DNA of 64,000 nt from Pseudomonadota bacterium. Its GTDB lineage: Bacteria; Pseudomonadota; Alphaproteobacteria; Sphingomonadales; Sphingomonadaceae. Positions within the stretch are counted from its first letter, which is position 1. Each line of letters starts with the position of its first letter. The notes under the pieces are model-generated. The model did no database searches. It was given only the letters and a program-made list of their open reading frames with translations, and was not told where the DNA came from. This document shows, piece after piece, positions 34,639 through 44,312 of the stretch. The stretch lies in assembly GCA_040389765.1 (NCBI GenBank), contig JAZJZO010000001.1, positions 104,669-168,668 of the forward strand. Reading direction: 5' to 3'. Position numbers and translations under genes: made by a program.

Positions 34639-35975
34639 CTTCCTGCCCTGGCCCACACGGATGTTTCAATCGACAGAATTCGCCGACTGTCGAGCCACGC
34701 AATCACGTTCCAGCATAAAAGGCCGATCACGAACGCCAGCGCACCGCCCGTAGCGCCCCATAATTTTCCAAAGAGCAACACGGTTGCAAGATTGGCGACG
34801 AGTCCGAAGCCCATTGCGCGGGTGACCCGCCTTTCGTGATGGGTCATGTTGAGCAGCCCAACACTGGGTCCGAATGCTGCGTTGATGATCTGCCCTATCA
34901 CGACAATCTGTAGCGCATGGGCAGCCGAAACATATTCCGGTCCGTAAACCAGCGACAGCAAGGGCCGGGGCGCAACCAGAAGTGGGGCGGATAGTAGACA
35001 CACGCCGGTGAATTGCGCCCAAGCGCTAGACGTAACGAGCTTTTGCAATTTCGCGGGCTGACCCGAGGCGTGAAGGCTCGCAATCATGGGCATTACGACA
35101 CTTGCCACGACCGTTATCGCGGTGGCGGCCAAAGTGGCGGTAATCATGGCAATCCGGAACAGACCCAGCTGTGACGCTGAGGCAACCAGGCCAATGACTA
35201 GAGTCGTCAGCTCCGTTTGCAGCGCGCGCATCCCGTCCGTCAGCGCCAAGGGGATTGAGCTCGCGAGCCAGCGCCGGCCTTGCGAGACCTGGTTCGCGCC
35301 CGGGGGGCGCCGTGGCAGGGAGCGGCTGAACCAGATCGTCGAGAGAACGAATGCGGCGAGCGCAGTGACCGAGTTCAGGGCCATTGCCCCCGCCGTTCCG
35401 ACGGGGATGCTCGACAGATAGGCGGCGAGGAGGAACAGCGCCAACAGGACCGGGCGAAACAACAAGGACGGAATCTGCCCGCGCACCACCTCGCCAAGGC
35501 CCTGCATGGCCCCGCCCTGAATCCGGGACATGGCCATCAACGGTATGGTCGCGGCACCGGCAATGACCGCCATGCCGAGCACGGAATTTCGGCCGGCACT
35601 CACCAGGTAGACGCCCGCAATCGCGGCGACAGCCATGACCGCCGAAAGCATTAGGGCCGTGCGGCGCGCCCAGCGAAGGACGCCGAACAATTGCGGGAGG
35701 TCGTCGCGGGCGCTCGCCCCGGCCACTTCGCGCGTGACAAGGCGGGGCAGGCCAAGTTCTCCCGGAATGCCGGCGATCGTGATGATCGAGAGTGCAAGGC
35801 CATAATAGCCGTATCCTTCGACCCCGAGCATTCGGGCAAGCTGGACGCCGACGACGAAGCTCGCGGCCATCGCGCCGAGCCGCACGACGCCCGTGCCGGC
35901 GATGCTGCGGATCAGCAGCGGCCCCAGGCCTTCGCCCCTGACATAGGCGTGAGCCGTGCTGATGCGTTTGCGCAT
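34623..35975 (-). CDS. MOP-superfamily polysaccharide flippase (Wzx-like)
   Basis: 450 aa and polytopic (about 12 or more TM segments). The N-terminal pattern GTGVVRLGAMAASFVVGVQLARMLGVEGYGYY is typical of polysaccharide biosynthesis/export (Wzx) proteins. Confidence 0.8.
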   Translation of the reverse strand: MRKRISTAHAYVRGEGLGPLLIRSIAGTGVVRLGAMAASFVVGVQLARMLGVEGYGYYGLALSIITIAGIPGELGLPRLVTREVAGASARDDLPQLFGVLRWARRTALMLSAVMAVAAIAGVYLVSAGRNSVLGMAVIAGAATIPLMAMSRIQGGAMQGLGEVVRGQIPSLLFRPVLLALFLLAAYLSSIPVGTAGAMALNSVTALAAFVLSTIWFSRSLPRRPPGANQVSQGRRWLASSIPLALTDGMRALQTELTTLVIGLVASASQLGLFRIAMITATLAATAITVVASVVMPMIASLHASGQPAKLQKLVTSSAWAQFTGVCLLSAPLLVAPRPLLSLVYGPEYVSAAHALQIVVIGQIINAAFGPSVGLLNMTHHERRVTRAMGFGLVANLATVLLFGKLWGATGGALAFVIGLLCWNVIAWLDSRRILSIETSVWARAGSHNGR

Positions 35976-37345
35976 CAGGCCCGCTCGCGCCGCGCCAGAG
36001 CCAGCGCCGAAGCGTCGATGCCGAGCGTCCGCCGGACGTAAACGAGCATCGCCAAGTTCCAGGCCGCCGTCGCCGAGCTCGATGCGATGGCCGCTCCCAG
36101 CGCGCCGAAGCGCGGGATTAGCAGGAGGTTGAAAAGGACGCTGATCGCGAGCGCGCCCGCGAAGATGGCCAACGCCGGCCGCTCGCGGCCCGTCAGGGTC
36201 ATCATATAGGCGACTACGCCGGTAAAGGCATTCACCAGCCCGCCGATGGTGAGCGCAACCAGCACGGGATAAGCGGTATCAAAGCCCGGGCCGAACAAAC
36301 CGAGGAGCGGCCGCCCGAACAGGACCAGAAGCGCGGCTGCGCCAATGGCGATGAGAAGGCCGATGCGGGCGATCAGGCGGGATAGGCTGGAAAGCTCGTC
36401 CAGGGCGCCGCGGTGATAGCTCGAGGCGATCTGCGGACCGGCGATTCCGGTCAGCGCCGCAAGCGCGAACGGAGTCAGGCTGGCCAGCCGCCATGCCGCG
36501 GCGAACAGCCCCGCGTCGGTCGCGGTGGCGAGGTGGCCGAGCAGAATCACCTCCATCTGGTTCATCAGCTCCTGCATCGAAGCGATCAGCAGCATCGGCA
36601 CGCTGAGCGCGAACCAGCGCCGCCATTCGGCATAATCAGCCGGCGCGCGGGTCGCGGGAGCGAAGACCGACCGGAACTCGACCAGCAATGCGGCAAGCGC
36701 GGCCAAGGCAGCGAAGGCGGTCAGCAGCAGCGCGCCCTCGACCGACATCCTGCGCCCGGCAAGCACGGCGAGGCCGATGCCAAGGATGAGCACCGCCGGA
36801 CGGACGATCTGGTCGTAAAGCTGTGACGCCATGATCCGCTGCGCCGCGCGCAGCATCGGCGAAGCGACCCCGAGCGCTGCGATCGGCAGGATGATGGCAG
36901 CGCCGGCAACGATCGAGAACGAGCTTGCGCTCCAGCCCGCGGCGGCCATGACGCAACCGATGAGCAGCGACAGTACGACCACCGTCGTGAAGGCAGTGCG
37001 GAAGAAGCCGCGCAACAGCCCTGACTGGCGCTGCTCGAAATAGACGGTGGCGAAGCGCAGCGAGCTATGTTCGAACCCAGCCCGAGCCGGCAGGGTCAGG
37101 ACCAGCGCCCAGCCGAGCGCAATCACGTATCGCCCGAAGTCCTGCGCCCCAAGCAGCCGCGAGAGCATGATGTTGGCGACATAGCTGAGCCCGATCCCAG
37201 CGCAGCGAAGCGCGACCGAAAGGCCGGCGCCGAAAAGCACTACCCTGCCGACGGCTGACGAATCGCTTTCAGGCACCAGGGGTTTCAGCCGTTCCCGGCG
37301 CCGGCGGCTCGCTCGATCGCCTCGCTGATCGCTTCCGCCGGCCAC
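35975..37345 (-). CDS. Second MOP-superfamily polysaccharide flippase (Wzx-like)
   Basis: A polytopic membrane protein of about 430-456 aa. Its stop overlaps the start of the downstream flippase by 1 nt. The true start is probably downstream of 37345 (for example GTG at 37276 or 37240), because the ORF overlaps the upstream methyltransferase by 61 nt. Confidence 0.75.
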   Translation of the reverse strand: MAGGSDQRGDRASRRRRERLKPLVPESDSSAVGRVVLFGAGLSVALRCAGIGLSYVANIMLSRLLGAQDFGRYVIALGWALVLTLPARAGFEHSSLRFATVYFEQRQSGLLRGFFRTAFTTVVVLSLLIGCVMAAAGWSASSFSIVAGAAIILPIAALGVASPMLRAAQRIMASQLYDQIVRPAVLILGIGLAVLAGRRMSVEGALLLTAFAALAALAALLVEFRSVFAPATRAPADYAEWRRWFALSVPMLLIASMQELMNQMEVILLGHLATATDAGLFAAAWRLASLTPFALAALTGIAGPQIASSYHRGALDELSSLSRLIARIGLLIAIGAAALLVLFGRPLLGLFGPGFDTAYPVLVALTIGGLVNAFTGVVAYMMTLTGRERPALAIFAGALAISVLFNLLLIPRFGALGAAIASSSATAAWNLAMLVYVRRTLGIDASALALARRERA

Positions 37346-38097
37346 ACCCCGACGAAGCGCGGAAAACCATCGTCATCGGTATCGCGCAGATATTCCTGGG
37401 CTTTGGGCAGGAAGAATGGTGCGCGCTCCAGGTCGAGATAGCGGAAGCCGCCGGTAGGAACGTCAAGGTTGGTCATCATCCGGGCCGAGTTGGTCGTGAT
37501 GAGCGCAAGCTCGATATCGGAACTCGCGAAGTTGCGAAGTGCGAGCCAAATGTCGGCGAAGGACAAGTGAAACAACGTGTCGCGGCAATGCCACACGTGC
37601 GCCTTCGGGAAGGGATCGCGGCAGATATCGAAGCGCCGGACGTCCACGCCGGGCCGGCGCTTGCGGGCCTCGTCGATAGCCACATCGGAAATGTCCCCGC
37701 CGGAATAATCCATTGGCCATTGGTCCAGGACCAAGATCATCCAGTTCAAGTCGCCGCACGGGGCGTCGAACATCGAACGAATGTCTCGGCGCCTTAGAAA
37801 ATCGAGCAGGTTGCGGCGATAGCGTTCGGTGCGCCCAAGCTCGGACCCCGGGCCTGACCGGCTTTCGCCCGATCCCCAAACGTTTTTGTCATAGATTTCG
37901 GCAAAGACGCCGTCGCGGTCACCGGCCTTGGGCAAGGTGCTGCTGAAGGTGACCGGATAGGGCATGATTCCGAACCGCCGGCCCAACCTGTTGGCCAGCC
38001 GCTGGAACGGGGTGCGGTGGGGGGTAGTGGTGACCGCGTCGGCAAAGCGAAACGCCGGAGCCGCCTGCCCAACCCCTTCGACCTTCCCCATCGCCAC
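37285..38097 (-). CDS. Class I SAM-dependent methyltransferase-like protein
   Basis: The FDAPCGDLNWM motif I-like segment and the overall size (270 aa) fit. The start is uncertain. Confidence 0.65.
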   Translation of the reverse strand: MAMGKVEGVGQAAPAFRFADAVTTTPHRTPFQRLANRLGRRFGIMPYPVTFSSTLPKAGDRDGVFAEIYDKNVWGSGESRSGPGSELGRTERYRRNLLDFLRRRDIRSMFDAPCGDLNWMILVLDQWPMDYSGGDISDVAIDEARKRRPGVDVRRFDICRDPFPKAHVWHCRDTLFHLSFADIWLALRNFASSDIELALITTNSARMMTNLDVPTGGFRYLDLERAPFFLPKAQEYLRDTDDDGFPRFVGVWPAEAISEAIERAAGAGNG

Positions 38098-38105
38098 GCT
38101 CCAGC

Positions 38106-39104
38106 TTGCAGTTTGCGAGTGCTACACTGACTATGCCTGCTTTAGAACCGGGGACCGACAGCAGCAGGCAAAAGACGAGAAAAATGGACGACGCTTCGCC
38201 TTCCTCGAACCGATGCCTGCTTTGCGGTGGTCCTGGGACATCCCCCGCGGCTCCATTCGGGATGTGCTGGGATGGTCGCCGGTTTGATTACCTCGATTGC
38301 CGAAAGTGCGGTTCGCGCTTTGTCGCCCCGGTGCCGACTGCCGAGGACTTCGAGCGCATCTATGCCCGCTCCGAATATCATGACGTCCACTACGCCGAGC
38401 TCGAATCCGGACAATTCCGGCGTTCGCTGGCGGCGTTGGCGCGGTTCGTGCCCGCGGGCGCCAGGGTGCTCGACTTCGGCTGCGGCAATGGCGAATTCCT
38501 GACCGAGGCGTTGGCCGCGGGTTACGTGGCGGAGGGCGTGGAGCTCGACCAGGCGGCGCGCGACAGCGCGGCCGCCAACAGCGGGTGCACGGTGTTCTCC
38601 CCCGAGGATGTCCGGACTCGCGCTGGTGGCTACGACGCAATTCACCTCGGCGATGTGCTCGAGCACCTCCCCGATCCGGCGGCGACGCTGCGGGAGCTGG
38701 ACCCTCTGTTGGCGCCCTCCGGCCTGTTCCTGGTTGAAGGACCGCTCGAGGAAAACCGAAGCCTGGTGGCCTGGACCGCGGCGTGCGTACGGCAGCTGAA
38801 GGCGCGCGCCGGGCGGTCCAATTATGCGATCGCGCCGCCAACCCATCTCACACGGACCAGTGCGCAATCGCAGCGCAGCTTCTTCGAGCGGGTGATGGGC
38901 TATCGCGTCGCGTATTTCAACGTCTACGAAAGTGGCTGGCCTTATGCCGTGCCGTGGCGGCGGATCATCCCATTGCGCCCCCCGTCAACGGCGGTCCGCG
39001 GTCTCATCGGCAAGGCCGCAATCGGGCTCGCGGGAACCGTCAACGTCGCGGGCCTTCGCGTAGGCGACCGCTTTATCGCGCTGCTACAGCCGGCCGGGAA
39101 GTAG
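38106..39104 (+). CDS. Class I SAM-dependent methyltransferase with an N-terminal CxxC...CxxC zinc-ribbon
   Basis: CLLCGG...CRKCGS zinc ribbon, then VLDFGCGNGEF (motif I) and DAIHLGDVLEHL. The start is probably internal (ATG at 38133 or 38184). Confidence 0.75.
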   Translation: MQFASATLTMPALEPGTDSSRQKTRKMDDASPSSNRCLLCGGPGTSPAAPFGMCWDGRRFDYLDCRKCGSRFVAPVPTAEDFERIYARSEYHDVHYAELESGQFRRSLAALARFVPAGARVLDFGCGNGEFLTEALAAGYVAEGVELDQAARDSAAANSGCTVFSPEDVRTRAGGYDAIHLGDVLEHLPDPAATLRELDPLLAPSGLFLVEGPLEENRSLVAWTAACVRQLKARAGRSNYAIAPPTHLTRTSAQSQRSFFERVMGYRVAYFNVYESGWPYAVPWRRIIPLRPPSTAVRGLIGKAAIGLAGTVNVAGLRVGDRFIALLQPAGK

Positions 39105-40175
39105 TAAGTCGAGATAGGCCCTGGCGGCGCGTTGCGGCGAAAAGTCGCGGGCGCGGTCGCGCACTCCGGCGGGCACCTCCTCCGCCAAGCCACGATCAAT
39201 CGCTTCGGCCAGGGCCTTGCCGTCGCCGCACGGGACCAACCATCCGTACCGCCCGTTTTCCAGGATCTCCGCTGGGCCGCTCGGGCAGTCGGTGCTGATC
39301 ACGCGCAATCCGGCCGCCATGGCCTCGGCTACGACATTGCCGAACCCTTCGAAATCCGACGACAGGACCAGCAAGTCGGCCGAAGCGTAGAAAGGCCAGG
39401 GATTGCTCCGAAAGCCGGGCATGACCACCCGGTTCGCCAGGTCCAACCGACGGATGTCGGCCTCGATCTCCGCGCGCAGCGGGCCGTCGCCGAGCAACAA
39501 CAACGTCGAATCCGGGCTTACCGTTCGGGCAAAGGCCTCCAGCAGCAGCCGGTGGTTTTTCTGGCGGCGGAACGCTCCCACGTGCAGCAGCCTTGGGCCC
39601 GTCCCTGTTCCCCAGCCGCTCAGGGCGTCCTCGTCGGGCTCGATCCGCGGCGGGATCGGGATCGGATTATAAATCACGTCGATCCGGTCGCGCGAAAGCC
39701 CGCCGAAGCGGGCAAGATCATCGGCGACGCCTTGGGAAACGGCGACGCGGGCATTTGCCTGGGGGTAGGTCGCAGCGATCGAAAGCCTGGCGAGCGCTCG
39801 CTTCAGCGTCCCCAGCCCGCTGCACTCCCGAGAGATTGCGATATGTTCGCTGACGACGAACCGCGGCCGGGTTCGAGACAACCATTTCGCGGCGATTCCG
39901 ATCGACGTCAGCGGCCACATCGATGCCTGGACGGCGTCGGGCCGACGATCAGCCAAATAGCGCGCGAATGGGCGCAAGGCATGTCGGTACTGCAGGCATT
40001 TCAAGTCGAACAGCCGGACTTCGCGGGGGACCAACTCAACCAACTCCCCGACGGCCTGAGCAACGACCAGGTCGACTTCGAGCCCTTCGGCCACAAAGCT
40101 TTCCATTAGGCTGAGCGCAACCCTTTCGGCACCGCCGCCGTGCAGCGCCGGTAGCAGGAAGGCGATGCGGGTCAT
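39084..40175 (-). CDS. Glycosyltransferase family 4
   Basis: The N-terminus reads RIAFLLPALHGGGAERV. The C-terminus reads FEGFGNVVAEAMAAGLRVISTD. Its 3-prime end overlaps the convergent methyltransferase gene by 21 nt. Confidence 0.85.
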   Translation of the reverse strand: MTRIAFLLPALHGGGAERVALSLMESFVAEGLEVDLVVAQAVGELVELVPREVRLFDLKCLQYRHALRPFARYLADRRPDAVQASMWPLTSIGIAAKWLSRTRPRFVVSEHIAISRECSGLGTLKRALARLSIAATYPQANARVAVSQGVADDLARFGGLSRDRIDVIYNPIPIPPRIEPDEDALSGWGTGTGPRLLHVGAFRRQKNHRLLLEAFARTVSPDSTLLLLGDGPLRAEIEADIRRLDLANRVVMPGFRSNPWPFYASADLLVLSSDFEGFGNVVAEAMAAGLRVISTDCPSGPAEILENGRYGWLVPCGDGKALAEAIDRGLAEEVPAGVRDRARDFSPQRAARAYLDLLLPGRL

Positions 40176-40178
40176 GAG

Positions 40179-41117
40179 TTAGCGGATCAGCCGGTCGCTA
40201 TCGGCCTCGTCGTCGAGGTAACCGGCATAGGCCTCGGCGAGATATTCATCGAGGCAGGCGCGCCAGTCACGCATGATGTTGAGCCCGCGAAGGTCCAGCT
40301 TCTTGGTGATCAGCCGCTCCGAAGCCGGCCGAGCGGCGAAATACTCCTTGGCGAAATGCTCCGAGCCGACCGGAGTCATCCTCACCTCGCCGTCGAGCCC
40401 GAGCACCTTCAATAGATATTGCGCGACTTCCAGCCGGCTGGTCACGCCCGGGCAGACCATGTTGTAGACGCCCCATTGCCCCGTTCCGAGCAGCAGTTCG
40501 ACGTTGCGGGCGAAATCCATGGTGTAGGTCGGCGTGCCGAGCTTGTCGTCGACCACGAACAGCTCGCGCGCGCCGCCCTTCAACTGCTTCATCAGCTTCT
40601 GGATGAACTTCTTGTCCTTGGCCGGGCCCCCGCCCATCATCCAGCCGGCGCGGCACACCAGGTGGCGGCGCACATTCTCCGCAACGAAGCGCTCGCCCAT
40701 ATATTTGCTGCGCGCATAATGGCCGAGCGGATTGGGCCGGTCCCAGTCGTCGTAGGTCTCCTGGGCGCCGTCGAAGATCCCGGCCGTGGAAATATAGAGC
40801 AGGGGGATGTCGAGCTCATTGGCGATATGCGCCGCATGCTCCACGGCGAGAGTATTGGTCGCATAGGCGTCGTCGGGATTGTCCTCGCAATATTCGAGGT
40901 CGGTGTGCGCGCCGAGATGAAAGAGATAATCGGGCGCGAATGCGCTGACCTCGCCCCGGTAGGCCTCGAAATCGCGAAAATCTAGCGATGAGAGCCAGCT
41001 GGCATTGACGTCGATATCGGTGCACCGGATCTCATGGGCGTCGCTGAACACACGATGGAAGGCATCGCCTAGCATGCCCCCTGCACCAGCAATGTAGATA
41101 CGCTTACCGGCTTCCAT
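40179..41117 (-). CDS. RmlD-like NAD(P)-dependent sugar reductase/epimerase (extended SDR)
   Basis: IYIAGAGGMLG Rossmann motif, catalytic YARSKY, and RmlD-substrate-binding-domain-like length (312 aa). Confidence 0.8.
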   Translation of the reverse strand: MEAGKRIYIAGAGGMLGDAFHRVFSDAHEIRCTDIDVNASWLSSLDFRDFEAYRGEVSAFAPDYLFHLGAHTDLEYCEDNPDDAYATNTLAVEHAAHIANELDIPLLYISTAGIFDGAQETYDDWDRPNPLGHYARSKYMGERFVAENVRRHLVCRAGWMMGGGPAKDKKFIQKLMKQLKGGARELFVVDDKLGTPTYTMDFARNVELLLGTGQWGVYNMVCPGVTSRLEVAQYLLKVLGLDGEVRMTPVGSEHFAKEYFAARPASERLITKKLDLRGLNIMRDWRACLDEYLAEAYAGYLDDEADSDRLIR

Positions 41118-42229
41118 CAGTCCCCCGCGACGCTATCGAGCACCGCCCGATACTCCGCCGCAATCGCATCCGTCGAATATTTTGCAACCGCATCCTTGCG
41201 CGCCTGCTTGCCGAGCCGCTTCCGCAGCGCCGGATCGTCGATCAGCCGACGGAGGGCGTCGAGCCATTCTTCGTCGCTTTCGACCAGAAGCCCGTTCTCC
41301 CCGTTGCGGATGATGAGCGGGGTCGTTCCGACTGCGCTGGCGACGCAAGGCAGGCCCATCATCATGTAGGTGATGGCCTTGAGCCCACTCTTGCCGCCCA
41401 CCCAATCCTCAAAGGGAAGCGGATAGACCCCGATATCGAGGCCCTGCAGGTCCTCGACCTCGCGCTCGGCGCTCCAGCGGATCACCTCAAGGTCGACTCC
41501 GGGCAGCGAATAATCGAAATTGCCGATCACCCGCAGCTTGAACTCGCGCTCCCTGGCGAGCTTCTGGAAGACGGGCGCGATGAGGTCGAGGAACGGCTTG
41601 GAGCTGAAGGTCCCGGTCCAGCCGATCGTGACCTTCTCGTCATTCGAATAGCGATTAACGGGCTTGAAGCGCGTCGCGTCGATCGACGACGAAATATAAG
41701 TGCATGCCCGCTTCTCGTTGATTTCGCGGCATATGTCGTTGAGCTCAGGCGAGCTGGTGATGACGTGGTCAGCGGTCCGGATCAGGAACCGGGGCTTGCC
41801 CTTGCCCTTGAGAATCCGGCCGAGCCAATTGGGATGGTCTTCCTTCTTCAGCGGCTGGCCGACGAGGACATTGTCCTCGACGTCGAACACCAGCCTCTCG
41901 GCCTTCGCTCGGACGATGCGCTCGGCAATGGAGCTACCAAGCGGCGTCACGTTCATGTGGCAATAAACGAGGTCGTAGCTGCCGGCGCGGAAGTAGTCGG
42001 GCACGCGTCTGAAGTACCCCTTGATCGTTCCCCAGGCCTTGGCCGGCAGATGCCCGTGCTCATAGAGGACGTCCCACAGGCCCCTGTCCATGAAGGGCGC
42101 GACGTCGATGTCCCAGCCGTGGGTCCGCCAATCGTCGTAATATTGCTCGAACTTCAGGCGTTGGCCCGCCTGCACGCCACAAGGGTACGGGCAGAGCACC
42201 AGCATTCGCTTGCGGCGTCCTGCACTCAT
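41117..42229 (-). CDS. Glycosyltransferase (GT-B, family 1/4-like)
   Basis: The C-terminal segment GLKAITYMMMGLPCVASAVGTTPLIIRNGENGLLV is present. The gene is coupled by overlapping start and stop codons to both neighbours. Confidence 0.75.
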   Translation of the reverse strand: MSAGRRKRMLVLCPYPCGVQAGQRLKFEQYYDDWRTHGWDIDVAPFMDRGLWDVLYEHGHLPAKAWGTIKGYFRRVPDYFRAGSYDLVYCHMNVTPLGSSIAERIVRAKAERLVFDVEDNVLVGQPLKKEDHPNWLGRILKGKGKPRFLIRTADHVITSSPELNDICREINEKRACTYISSSIDATRFKPVNRYSNDEKVTIGWTGTFSSKPFLDLIAPVFQKLAREREFKLRVIGNFDYSLPGVDLEVIRWSAEREVEDLQGLDIGVYPLPFEDWVGGKSGLKAITYMMMGLPCVASAVGTTPLIIRNGENGLLVESDEEWLDALRRLIDDPALRKRLGKQARKDAVAKYSTDAIAAEYRAVLDSVAGD

Positions 42230-43434
42230 GCCGCGCGGTCTTCCCGCTCGATCATCTCACGGTAGATGCCTTCGTAGGCGCCTACTCCGGCGGGCAGCGA
42301 AAAGAGTTCGAGTGCCGCGGTCCTGCAGCGGTGCTGGATGTCCGGCTCGCGGGTCAAGGCGATCAGCTGCCGGGCCGACGCCGTCATTTCCTCATCGCTG
42401 AAGCCGGAGACGGCGACACCCACCTTGCGTTCCTCAAACAACTCTTCGACATCGCCGACTCCGGCGTTGCCAAGACAGGGGACTCCACAGCCGAGATATT
42501 CGGCCAACTTCGTCGGCGCGCAAGCAAGGGCGGAAAAGGCGGGTTTGTAAAGCGCGGCAGCGGCATCGAACCCTTGGATAATGCCAGGCATTTGATCTCG
42601 CGTCGCGCTGACCACGTCAAGCGCCCCAGGCTCGACATGAAGGCAGCTAGCGGCACTGCGAATGGTGTCGTGCTGGCCGCGATTGGCAATCACCATCCGA
42701 GCGTCCGGCTCCAAGCGCCGGATCGCAAGATAGCAGCCGAGCACGTCTTCGAGCAGATAGCGCGTCCCAACCGAACCGACGTAGCCGAATGTAAATGGCC
42801 GACTCACCGAATCCGCCATTGGCCTGAAACGATCGAGGTCGGCGCAGGTCGGGATGACAGAGACCGGCGGCATCCGGCCTTCCAGATAGGGGAACTTGCC
42901 GAGTTCGATCGCGGAAGCATGCGTCAAGGTCACGACATGGTCGGCTGCGAGCAGGAGCCGCCGCTCGACCGACTTGGCGCCCCGGTACAGAAGCCCGTCC
43001 GGCGGCCACAAATTACCGTCGACGCGCTCGTCCGCCCAGAAGCCGCGCATGTCGAAGAGCAGCCTGGCGCCGCTCGCACGCTTGGCGGCAAGGCCCATCA
43101 ACCCGGCGACGTAAGAGCGGACGTGGACGATCTGGATGCGGTGGCGGAGCGCGAGGGCAATCGCGAGCGCGCTCCCGGCGGCGATGTCGTAGGCGGTTGC
43201 CGGCGCGGTCGGACGCTTGTGATAGCGCAAGGGGTGCCAGCTGATGCCGGCGCCGGCGATGCGTTGGCGAACCGCCTCGCGCTGCTCCCGGTCGTTCCAG
43301 TCTTCGCGCTTTTCGAAGCTGATCAGGTGGATCTTGCGTCCCGGCGCCAGCTTTTCGAGATAGGCCACCACCTGGCTTTGCCCGAGCGGCTCAAGCATTC
43401 CGTCATAGCTGATATAAAGGATCCGCTGGCTCAT
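42226..43434 (-). CDS. Glycosyltransferase family 4
   Basis: The internal ATG at 43434 overlaps the rmlD stop as ATGA and gives [26 protein letters not shown]. The C-terminus carries TKLAEYLGCGVPCLGNAGVGD. Confidence 0.8.
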   Translation of the reverse strand: MSQRILYISYDGMLEPLGQSQVVAYLEKLAPGRKIHLISFEKREDWNDREQREAVRQRIAGAGISWHPLRYHKRPTAPATAYDIAAGSALAIALALRHRIQIVHVRSYVAGLMGLAAKRASGARLLFDMRGFWADERVDGNLWPPDGLLYRGAKSVERRLLLAADHVVTLTHASAIELGKFPYLEGRMPPVSVIPTCADLDRFRPMADSVSRPFTFGYVGSVGTRYLLEDVLGCYLAIRRLEPDARMVIANRGQHDTIRSAASCLHVEPGALDVVSATRDQMPGIIQGFDAAAALYKPAFSALACAPTKLAEYLGCGVPCLGNAGVGDVEELFEERKVGVAVSGFSDEEMTASARQLIALTREPDIQHRCRTAALELFSLPAGVGAYEGIYREMIEREDRAA

Positions 43435-44312
43435 CCGTCCTTCGCCAATCGTGCAACCACCGCGGTCAGCGACCTTTCCCATGGCGGCATGACAAAACCG
43501 AAATCGCGAACGAATTTTTCGGAGGAAAGCTGGCTGTTGTGCGGCCTTGACGCCTTGGTCGGCCAGTCGGCCGAAGCAATCGGCTGGACCTTGGCCGCTG
43601 CAAGCCCGAGCTTGGCGCATTCGGCCATGACCGCCCGTGCGAACCCGCACCAGCTGGTCGAGCCGGTCCCGGCGAGGTGATAGGTCTGGCTGAGGCCGAG
43701 GTCGGGCACATCGCGCCAGCGCTCGACCATCGCCAGCAACCCGTCGGCAAGGTCGAGTGCCGAGCTCGGATTGCCGCGCTGGTCGTCGACCACGGTCAGC
43801 ACCTCGCGAACCTTCGCCGCGCCCATCATGGTCTTCACGAAATTGCGGCCGAACGGGCTGTAAACCCAGGCGGTGCGGACCATGACGTGGCGTGGGTTGG
43901 CCCCGCGCACGGCCTCCTCACCCGCGAGCTTGGTCCGGCCGTAGACGCCAAGCGGCGCGGTCGGCGCATCCTCGGGGTAACCGCCCTCCCCGCGCCCATC
44001 GAACACATAGTCGGTCGAGATCTGGATGACAGGGACGCCCAGCTTCGCGGCGGCGACGGCGACCTCACCGGCGGCCTCGGCGTTGATGCGCATCGCTCGC
44101 TCGGGTTCGTCCTCGGCCTCGTCCACCGCGGTGTAAGCCGCAGCGTTGATGACGACATCTGGCCGTGCGGCCGCGATCGCGTTGGCGGCGCTGCCGGGCT
44201 CTTCGAGATCGAGCTCGGGCCGGCCCATTGTAACAAGCTCGACCCGGCCCTCCGCCCGCTCGGCAAGGCTCCGCGCGAGCTGCCCGCTACGGCCAGTGAC
44301 AAGGACCTTCAT
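43431..44312 (-). CDS. rmlD: dTDP-4-dehydrorhamnose reductase
   Basis: The internal ATG at 44312 overlaps the rmlB stop as [26 protein letters not shown] and YGRTKLAGE motifs are present. Confidence 0.9.
   Translation of the reverse strand: MKVLVTGRSGQLARSLAERAEGRVELVTMGRPELDLEEPGSAANAIAAARPDVVINAAAYTAVDEAEDEPERAMRINAEAAGEVAVAAAKLGVPVIQISTDYVFDGRGEGGYPEDAPTAPLGVYGRTKLAGEEAVRGANPRHVMVRTAWVYSPFGRNFVKTMMGAAKVREVLTVVDDQRGNPSSALDLADGLLAMVERWRDVPDLGLSQTYHLAGTGSTSWCGFARAVMAECAKLGLAAAKVQPIASADWPTKASRPHNSQLSSEKFVRDFGFVMPPWERSLTAVVARLAKDG

Noticed and set aside
42331-43680. 449-aa ORF antisense to the GT4 gene and the rmlD 3-prime end
   Set aside because: Antisense artefact in high-GC DNA with no motifs. 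The opposite strand encodes a well-supported, overlap-coupled GT4/rmlD pair.
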